A DNA stretch of 21,332 bases from Erysipelothrix rhusiopathiae (GTDB lineage Bacteria; Bacillota_I; Bacilli_A; Erysipelotrichales; Erysipelotrichaceae): contig CACYBS010000268.1 in assembly GCA_902772725.1 (NCBI GenBank), forward strand, positions 1 through 21,332. The letters run 5' to 3'. Shown piece after piece: positions 15,948-21,332 of this stretch (positions are counted from its first letter, which is position 1; every line of letters begins with the position of its first letter). The notes beneath the pieces were generated by a model. That model saw only the letters and a list, made by a program, of their open reading frames with translations. It made no database searches and was not told the origin of the DNA. The translations under genes and the position numbers were made by a program.

Positions 15948-16406
15948 TTATAGTTTTTTATAAGTGATTATGGCACCGTACCGTTCTACCGTTATTGTGC
16001 CGTCATCATTCTTTTTCGCCTTGTATTCACGTGATCGACCAATAATTTTAATACCATCATTTATTTCTTCCCAATATCCTGTAGTTGCCCTGCCATACAC
16101 TTCCATTACAGATACGCCATCTTTCTTTAATGTAAGTGTTGTATCGGACAAATCACTGGAATTGGATAGTCCTGCTAGATTGAGCTTACCATCCGGAAGT
16201 AATATTCCTGACTCAACAAGATGCTGCAGCACCTTATCTGAATCGTCGTCATGAACGTCTACACTTTCATATATTGTATCTTCAGTTAAGACGATCTTAA
16301 CAGCCTGCCAATTTCCAACATATTCACTGCCGGAAAGATCCGTCTTGGCAGCACAGCCTGACAATAACATGATAAATGAAATTATAATCGGTGTAATCTT
16401 TTTCAT
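15948..16406 (-). CDS. small lipoprotein, first gene of the SPFH/zinc-ribbon/TPM operon
   Basis: RBS ggagggg upstream of ATG 16406. Signal peptide plus lipobox (IMLLSGCAAK). 152 aa. Stop is 14 nt before the SPFH-like start. Confidence 0.6.
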   Translation of the reverse strand: MKKITPIIISFIMLLSGCAAKTDLSGSEYVGNWQAVKIVLTEDTIYESVDVHDDDSDKVLQHLVESGILLPDGKLNLAGLSNSSDLSDTTLTLKKDGVSVMEVYGRATTGYWEEINDGIKIIGRSREYKAKKNDDGTITVERYGAIITYKKL

Positions 16407-16519
16407 TTGATCCCCTCCATTATCTTTCGATCTTAATCTGAAGCAGAAAAGGCTCTATCTGCTCCACTCCATGAATACAGCTCTATTTTTATTATAAAGT
16501 ATTTTTTATATTATGGTAC

Positions 16520-16548
16520 AAAAAAAAGATGACACATTATGCCATCTT
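16520..16548 (-). terminator. rho-independent terminator of the upstream beta-lactamase-like gene; separates it from the lipoprotein/SPFH operon
   Basis: The minus strand reads aagatggca-taatgtg-tcatctt followed by tttttttt. Confidence 0.7.
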
Positions 16549-16555
16549 CTCACTT

Positions 16556-17782
16556 CTAAAATAACCCGGCCTCATATTCATAAACATATTTGGAGATTTC
16601 TGCCATCATTTCAGATCGATCATCTCCAAATCCGGCCGTAAATAAGCTGATGATATAATCGCGGTCACCCATATAAACGACGCCGCCATCGTGATAAATA
16701 TCATCTGCACATCCGGTTTTATGAGCAAACGGAATTCCCTCCGGTATTCCTGCAGCTAATTCCATGTTATCACCGCAAAGCTTCAACCATTCAATCATTT
16801 CTGCACTGGCTTCCGGAGATATAACCTGGCCGTAATAAAGTTTCTCAAATATAACTCCGATATCAACCGGATTGCTTACATTGTCTCCACCGTCAGTGAA
16901 ATAACCTTCACCCGGAATCAATCCATGATGCAGACGGGTTTCTTCTATACCCATTTCCGCCAGCATATCATTTACAAAATGTACACCTTTGACACCGTCG
17001 CCTTCTCCGACCTGAATCATCAAATCATTGTAAGCTGTGTTATCACTCATAATGACCATCAAGCTGATGTTCTCATAGTTTGCCATATAATCGAGTTCCC
17101 CGGAATAAATCTTTTGGAAAGTACCGATTAATGCCGGAACTTTGATCATACAACATGGATAATACGATTTATTGTTGATGGTCAAGGTATTTCCCGTACG
17201 AATATCTTTAAAGTAGAAACTATATTCGCCTTTTTTATCTTTGTTGTATTTTTTTACAATCTGGTCAATGCCCTTTTCCAACTCTTCGATATCAATTTGT
17301 AATTCTCCGTCTTTATCAAATAATAAAGTACGGTCTCCTACCTTTGTCTTTCCTGTTGCCATGACACCATCCGGTCCAAAGTAGCGAATCAGTCCTTCTA
17401 CATTGAGCATCGCATCCTTGACCATGTAGCCTTCTTCATTGAAATAATAGTAAGATTTTTTTATTTTTTGAAGGCCTGTCAACATCTGTCCGCTAAGATC
17501 AAAGTATTGCGTTCCTGCTTCTGTTGTTATAAAACCAGTCTGTATATCGGGATCTTCTTTGCGGGCTTCGGCTGCTTCTTTAAGCTTTTTGGATTCTTCT
17601 TTTAAATCGCTTTGGATAAATGCGACGGCTGTTTGCGGTTCTTCCGGCTGTTTAAATGCCGATAAGGCAAAACGAATCAAAAAGAAAAGCGCGAAAAAAA
17701 CCGCTAACAACGAAAGAATTCTTGTATAGCGAATTTTTCTTCTTTTTGTCTTAACCTGTTTCGAACCATTCTTTTTTGCCAT
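16556..17782 (-). CDS. membrane-anchored cell-wall-binding-repeat protein with C-terminal class-A beta-lactamase-like (serine-hydrolase fold) domain; SxxK position reads CMIK
   Basis: Basic N-terminus plus TM helix. Cell-wall-binding-type repeats (residues about 85-165). SDN (246-248), E281 in an omega-loop-like position, and KTG (355-357) at class-A spacing. The only candidate for the S-x-x-K tetrad is C211-M-I-K214 (YYPCCMIKV versus RFPMxSTxKV). Confidence 0.6.
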   Translation of the reverse strand: MAKKNGSKQVKTKRRKIRYTRILSLLAVFFALFFLIRFALSAFKQPEEPQTAVAFIQSDLKEESKKLKEAAEARKEDPDIQTGFITTEAGTQYFDLSGQMLTGLQKIKKSYYYFNEEGYMVKDAMLNVEGLIRYFGPDGVMATGKTKVGDRTLLFDKDGELQIDIEELEKGIDQIVKKYNKDKKGEYSFYFKDIRTGNTLTINNKSYYPCCMIKVPALIGTFQKIYSGELDYMANYENISLMVIMSDNTAYNDLMIQVGEGDGVKGVHFVNDMLAEMGIEETRLHHGLIPGEGYFTDGGDNVSNPVDIGVIFEKLYYGQVISPEASAEMIEWLKLCGDNMELAAGIPEGIPFAHKTGCADDIYHDGGVVYMGDRDYIISLFTAGFGDDRSEMMAEISKYVYEYEAGLF

Positions 17783-17815
17783 AATAAAACCTCGAACGCA
17801 TAAATGCTCGTTTTC

Positions 17816-17844
17816 ATAATAGATTCTTTTTTTGTTTATCGCAA
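17816..17844 (-). promoter_or_regulatory. sigma-A-like promoter of the beta-lactamase-like gene
   Basis: Minus strand: -35 TTGCGA (17839-17844), 17-nt spacer, -10 TATTAT (17816-17821). RBS gaggt upstream of ATG 17782. Confidence 0.5.
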
Positions 17845-17872
17845 GGTTTATGCTTTATTTTAAATAAAATAT

Positions 17873-17905
17873 AAAAAAAAGGAAACTAAATATGATTTAA
17901 TTTCC
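17873..17905 (-). terminator. rho-independent terminator of the XRE/S24 repressor gene (overlaps its stop codon)
   Basis: Minus strand ggaaattaaat-cat-atttagtttcc is an 11-bp stem with one G-U pair, followed by tttttttt. Confidence 0.7.
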
Positions 17906-18593
17906 CTATTACTTTACCCATACACTGCACATATTGATCTTCCGTTAAATCAATATCCCCATATTCAGGATTTAATGAATGCAGACAATTCGCTCTAAAT
18001 TCTTTGATGTATGATTCGCCATCAACCACAAAAATTCCAATTTCTCCCGGATTTACCGATTCCTGTTTTTTTACCAATACACAGCTTCCGTCCATATATT
18101 CCGGTTCCATACTTTTACCGTTGACCTGTAAGACATAATCAGCCTGGCGTGCCTGTTTTGTTTGGGGAACAGAAACATAAGCCATATCTACCTCATCCGG
18201 TACATATACGCCCGTTCCTGCCGATGGTGCAAATTGGAAAAAAGGAAGATCGATCATAGGGACGCGAATCGGACTATGGCATCGAATATATTCGTGTTCT
18301 AATGAATGCTTAACAGCATTCTTCCCGAATTCATCCAAAGTACGGTATTGTTCAATCAAATCCACCTCATCCACAGAATACGTATCCGCCGGCCGGTCAT
18401 TTTCCATAAACAAGTAATTCGCATCGCATTTTAATGCCTGAAACAATTTCGGCATTAACTCCATCTTCGGTGCGCTGATTCCGTTTTCATAATTGGCCAC
18501 TGCAGAAGGAGTGACCCCTAACTGCTTCGCAAGCTGGCTGCGGCTGATTTTTAATATATTACGTCGTTCTTTAATTCTGGTATGTAAACTCAT
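17886..18593 (-). CDS. XRE-family HTH plus S24 (LexA/CI-like) peptidase-domain repressor
   Basis: HTH (ISRSQLAKQLGVTPSAVANYENG). The C-terminal domain has the GKSMEP serine and VLVKKQ lysine of the LexA-like Ser-Lys dyad. Preferred start is the Met of MSLHTRIKE (ATG 18593) with RBS aagggg. The ORF track extends to 18644. Confidence 0.8.
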   Translation of the reverse strand: MSLHTRIKERRNILKISRSQLAKQLGVTPSAVANYENGISAPKMELMPKLFQALKCDANYLFMENDRPADTYSVDEVDLIEQYRTLDEFGKNAVKHSLEHEYIRCHSPIRVPMIDLPFFQFAPSAGTGVYVPDEVDMAYVSVPQTKQARQADYVLQVNGKSMEPEYMDGSCVLVKKQESVNPGEIGIFVVDGESYIKEFRANCLHSLNPEYGDIDLTEDQYVQCMGKVIGKLNHI

Positions 18594-18650
18594 AAAACAC
18601 CCCTTACAGAGATATAATAACACAATTCTTGATAAATAAAACACATAGTC

Positions 18651-18727
18651 TACAATTTTATTGTAAATTACTCTTGATTTTTACAAGATTATTCACTATT
18701 ATATAGATACATTACAAGTTTCTTGTA
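18651..18727. promoter_or_regulatory. paired 6-3-6 palindromes (candidate operators) plus the small-gene promoter, in the repressor/small-gene divergent region
   Basis: TACAATtttATTGTA (18651-18665) and TACAAGtttCTTGTA (18713-18727), plus a TACAAG half-site at 18683-18688. + strand promoter: -35 TTGATT (18674-18679), 17 nt, -10 TATTAT (18697-18702). AGGAGG RBS at 18728-18733. Confidence 0.55.
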
Positions 18728-18739
18728 GGAGGTTACAAC

Positions 18740-18925
18740 ATGAATGATAAATTAAACACCGAATTGTTTGCGACGGTTAATTCAAACTCTCTGCATTCAC
18801 ATCATAAAAATATACAGGCACAAATCAAAAGGAAAAAACAGATTCAGCAAAGAGCCGACCGTGAATTAGGATTATATACACTTATGTTTACGGCAACTCT
18901 TTTAATTACCGGATTTGCGATCTAG
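18740..18925 (+). CDS. small protein (61 aa) with basic middle region and C-terminal TM helix
   Basis: Strong RBS aggagg 7 nt upstream. A promoter sits just upstream and a double hairpin just downstream. Hydrophobic C-terminus (LYTLMFTATLLITGFAI). Confidence 0.5.
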   Translation: MNDKLNTELFATVNSNSLHSHHKNIQAQIKRKKQIQQRADRELGLYTLMFTATLLITGFAI

Positions 18926-18954
18926 CCCCCTCGATACCCCCCTGGTATCTAAAA

Positions 18955-18994
18955 AGAAGCATGTTTTCCAAGACATGCTTCTATATTCTTTTCG
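18955..18994. terminator. bidirectional terminator between the small gene and cbiO
   Basis: agaagcatgt-tttccaag-acatgcttct is a perfect 10-bp stem, followed by atattctttt on the + strand. It is preceded by a second hairpin, gatacc-cccct-ggtatc, at 18933-18949. Confidence 0.75.
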
Positions 18995-19718
18995 TTAAAG
19001 AAAGCGGTAATTCCAATCCGTTTTCCATCAATGTTTTCTCATCTCTTAATATGATTTCCGGATCCCCGTCAAAGACAATTCCATCTTTAGATAAAAGAAT
19101 TACACGATTACATGTATCCCATACAAAATCTAAATCATGCGAAGCGATGATTTTTAAATGATCAAATTCATTTAAGATGTGAATGAGATTTTTTCGATTT
19201 CTGGGATCCAATGCGACAGACGGTTCATCCATAATGATGATATCCGGTGTCATCGACAAAATGGTTGCGATGGATACCAGCTTCTTTTCACCACCGGATA
19301 ATTTGTAGATTCCCTTGTCTTTCAAATGCGAAATATGAACCTTTTCTAAAGCGTTCTCTGTTCGTGAAACCACTTCTTTTTCCGATAAACCATAGTTTCT
19401 TGGAGCAAAGGCAACATCATCAAATACCGTAGACATAAACAGCTGGCTGTCACTGTCCTGGAAAACGTATCCGATTTTTTCCCGGATCTTATTTAACATA
19501 TTTTTTTCTACGGGAATTTCCTCAACGCGAATTGAGCCGGTAAAATTCAAATACAATCCTACCATTAACTTCAACAAAGTGGATTTTCCCACACCGTTGG
19601 CTCCAATCAAGCCAATCGAGTCGTTTTCCGATGCATGAAATGAAATATGATTTAATATCGGCTGATTTTTCTCATAGGAAAATGAAACATCATCAACATC
19701 TATATGTATATGGCTCAT
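18981..19718 (-). CDS. cbiO: ECF/CbiO-type ABC transporter ATP-binding protein
   Basis: Walker A GANGVGKST, signature LSGGEKK, Walker B IIIMDEP. Preferred start is the Met of MSHIHIDVDD (ATG 19718) with RBS ggaggg. Eight nt downstream of the cbiQ stop. Confidence 0.85.
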   Translation of the reverse strand: MSHIHIDVDDVSFSYEKNQPILNHISFHASENDSIGLIGANGVGKSTLLKLMVGLYLNFTGSIRVEEIPVEKNMLNKIREKIGYVFQDSDSQLFMSTVFDDVAFAPRNYGLSEKEVVSRTENALEKVHISHLKDKGIYKLSGGEKKLVSIATILSMTPDIIIMDEPSVALDPRNRKNLIHILNEFDHLKIIASHDLDFVWDTCNRVILLSKDGIVFDGDPEIILRDEKTLMENGLELPLSLTKRI

Positions 19719-19726
19719 GTGCCCTC

Positions 19727-20524
19727 CTATACAAAAAAAGATCCAATCCAATAAAATAACGGAAATATCCGAAGAAGTAATGATCCTCCTGCTGCCAGCA
19801 GACAGAATATCACATCATTTTTATTGAATGATTTTGTGGTACCAAACGGAAATTCTCCATGATAACCGCGCATCAGCATCGCTTCATATACATGGTCCGC
19901 CCTGTCCATACTTCTTAACAAAAGCTGTCCTGCCAAAGGACCCCAGGCTTTATAAGCTATCCCTTTCTGGCCGGGTGCACGCAAAGCATATGCTTGTGTG
20001 ATTCGATTAGTCTCTTGAAGAAGAACGGTAATATATCGATAAATCAACATGATTTCTGTTACGAGAATTTTGGGAATGTGTATCTTTCGTAAGGCATAAC
20101 AGATTTTTTCTATTGTTGTTGAGGCAATTAAAATATATGTTGCGAATACTGTGAATACGCCTTTTAACATCAAGGTAATCATGGAAACCATGCCGCCGCG
20201 AATCACAAAAGGTGTTTCCACAAGAATGGTACGGTCAAATATCGGATTAAATATGCCTACAATACAGACTAAAGGCAAAACTACCCGGAGCCGGTACAAA
20301 GCGTTTTTAAAGGATAGCCCCGATAGCTGGAAAATAAAAAAAGGATAAATTGCCATGGACAACAAGCCATATATATCGTACCGATGAAAAGACATGACCA
20401 AAACAATATATAAAACCGTAACAAAAAGTTTGGCTAGAGGATGGATCTGGTTGATCCATCGATCCTCTCTAGCCATTACATCTAATTTTTCTATTTCTAA
20501 AATTGCACTTTCTATTTTATTCAT
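19727..20524 (-). CDS. cbiQ: ECF transporter transmembrane (T) component CbiQ/EcfT
   Basis: Multi-TM. C-terminal LLRSMDRADHVYEAMLMRGY matches the EcfT Arg-rich signature. ATGA overlap with the upstream cbiM stop. An internal alternative start at 20476 is possible. Confidence 0.8.
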   Translation of the reverse strand: MNKIESAILEIEKLDVMAREDRWINQIHPLAKLFVTVLYIVLVMSFHRYDIYGLLSMAIYPFFIFQLSGLSFKNALYRLRVVLPLVCIVGIFNPIFDRTILVETPFVIRGGMVSMITLMLKGVFTVFATYILIASTTIEKICYALRKIHIPKILVTEIMLIYRYITVLLQETNRITQAYALRAPGQKGIAYKAWGPLAGQLLLRSMDRADHVYEAMLMRGYHGEFPFGTTKSFNKNDVIFCLLAAGGSLLLRIFPLFYWIGSFFV

Positions 20525-21332
20525 GCTTCTTTTCTTTTTCTGAAAAATTTAAATAAATATGCGACCGCAAAACAAATAGCCACCACAATAAGACATCCGA
20601 CAATACCGGAGACCGTAGTACCTAATGCACTATCAGAACCTGCAAAGCCATAATCCGGCAGGAAAGATGTCGTAGACTGGATCTGCTCAGCCGCAGCATA
20701 CGGATCGGCTCCGTTAACAATTTCGGCATCTCCAATCATTTTTCCGATTGACCATTCTAATCCATCCGGGAAAGCCGAAGCAAATAAGGAAAGTACTCCA
20801 CCAACAAATAATGTGATTACGCTCATTACAGTTAATGTCTTTTTCAAAGACATTGTCCCCTTACCTTCTGATTGAGGATCTGAGCACCATAATAATTCCG
20901 GTCTGGCTGAATGAATAAAACATAGAACAGCAGCGCTGACAACGCCTTCAACAAAACCGATGGCTAAATGAATCGGCAGCATGACCGATACAAAACTGGA
21001 GAACGGTAATTCCGAAATACCTGAAATCGTCGTTTCCAACACAACGGAAAAAGCTCCCATTTGAAGTGTAATGACAGATGCGACAATAGAAGCAATGATA
21101 ATTTTGGTCTTCGTGATTCCGCCTTTCATCATTGGCTTCCAAATCAAGAAAGAGCCGATAAAACAGCCATAGAAAGCCATGTTCCATATATTACATCCTA
21201 ACGCCAGCAAGCCGCCATCCGCAAAGAACAGGCATTGCGTTAACAGAATTCCTATCATGGTCAAAAAGCCGGCATACGGACCCAGTATTGCGGATAAGAG
21301 AATACCGCCGCATAAATGTCCGCTTGACCCCG
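20521..21332 (-). CDS. cbiM: CbiM-family substrate-capture component fused to a C-terminal PDGLE domain (cobalt/nickel ECF importer); 5' end beyond the window
   Basis: The frame is open to the window end (GSSGHLCGGILLSAILGPYAGF then LTMIGILL). Multi-TM CbiM-like core. C-terminal segment has the FPDGLEW motif plus a final TM helix and basic tail. Confidence 0.75.
   Translation of the reverse strand, partial: GSSGHLCGGILLSAILGPYAGFLTMIGILLTQCLFFADGGLLALGCNIWNMAFYGCFIGSFLIWKPMMKGGITKTKIIIASIVASVITLQMGAFSVVLETTISGISELPFSSFVSVMLPIHLAIGFVEGVVSAAVLCFIHSARPELLWCSDPQSEGKGTMSLKKTLTVMSVITLFVGGVLSLFASAFPDGLEWSIGKMIGDAEIVNGADPYAAAEQIQSTTSFLPDYGFAGSDSALGTTVSGIVGCLIVVAICFAVAYLFKFFRKRKEA

Noticed and set aside
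16407-16519. Sigma-W-type promoter (TGAAAC-N16-CGTA) expected by analogy with B. subtilis pspA-ydjGHI.
   Set aside because: No such motif is present on the minus strand. Only a sigma-A-like TTGTAC ... TTTATAAT arrangement is visible.
17790-17812. Possible hairpin (cgaacgcat/atgctcg) in the leader of the beta-lactamase-like gene.
   Set aside because: The complementarity is only 4 perfect bp plus a bulged extension, with no T-run. Not a convincing terminator or regulatory stem.
18594-18644. N-terminal 17-aa extension of the repressor ORF (MFYLSRIVLLYLCKGCF) proposed by the ORF track.
   Set aside because: The Met of MSLHTRIKE has a good RBS (aagggg) and the HTH starts right after it. The extension is hydrophobic junk overlapping the operator region.
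17886-18925. Prophage, integrative or other mobile-element interpretation of the XRE-S24 repressor region. I also looked across the whole window for transposases and IS inverted repeats.
   Set aside because: No integrase, recombinase, transposase, terminase, capsid or att-like direct repeats were found anywhere. The module is therefore treated as an isolated repressor/small-gene switch.
1-21332. CRISPR arrays, rRNA, tRNA and riboswitch candidates.
   Set aside because: There are no short regularly spaced direct repeats and no tRNA-like cloverleaf regions. All intergenic spaces are short (under 180 nt) and are accounted for by promoters and terminators. The only ambiguous leader is listed as a low-interest finding.

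Overview
This window looks like ordinary chromosome from a low-GC Gram-positive anaerobe (Firmicutes, probably Clostridia- or Erysipelotrichia-like, about 40% GC) and is rich in cell-surface functions. I can support 21 protein-coding genes. There are no rRNA, tRNA, CRISPR, transposase or integrase signals. Genes in order:
- a 5'-truncated ChW-repeat protein ending in a transglutaminase-like cysteine-protease domain;
- an acidic lipoprotein;
- a family-3 acyltransferase;
- a short, divergent peptide-deformylase paralog translationally coupled to a MATE efflux pump;
- a DUF2812-like membrane protein;
- a 531-aa orphan lipoprotein;
- Lon protease, preceded by a CIRCE (HrcA) element;
- a divergent TetR-family regulator with palindromic operator candidates;
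- a UPF0340 (YwlG-like) protein;
- a secreted cell-wall-binding-repeat protein with a lysozyme-like domain of the phage-tail type;
- a four-gene minus-strand operon: lipoprotein, SPFH/Band-7-like protein with three C-terminal zinc ribbons, zinc-ribbon membrane protein, double-TPM-domain protein (the B. subtilis YdjI/YdjG/YdjH set, but without pspA);
- a membrane-anchored cell-wall-binding-repeat protein with a class-A beta-lactamase-like domain in which the SxxK serine appears to be replaced by cysteine;
- an XRE-HTH/S24-peptidase (LexA-like) repressor divergent from a small membrane-protein gene, with paired palindromes between them;
- an ECF-type cobalt/nickel importer (CbiO, CbiQ, and a CbiM-PDGLE fusion that runs off the window end).
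Several rho-independent terminators and two sigma-A-like promoters are visible.
The most unusual items are the permuted SPFH/zinc-ribbon/TPM operon with its tandem-duplicated zinc ribbons, the Cys-for-Ser beta-lactamase-like surface protein, and the Gln-to-Met deformylase paralog coupled to a MATE pump.
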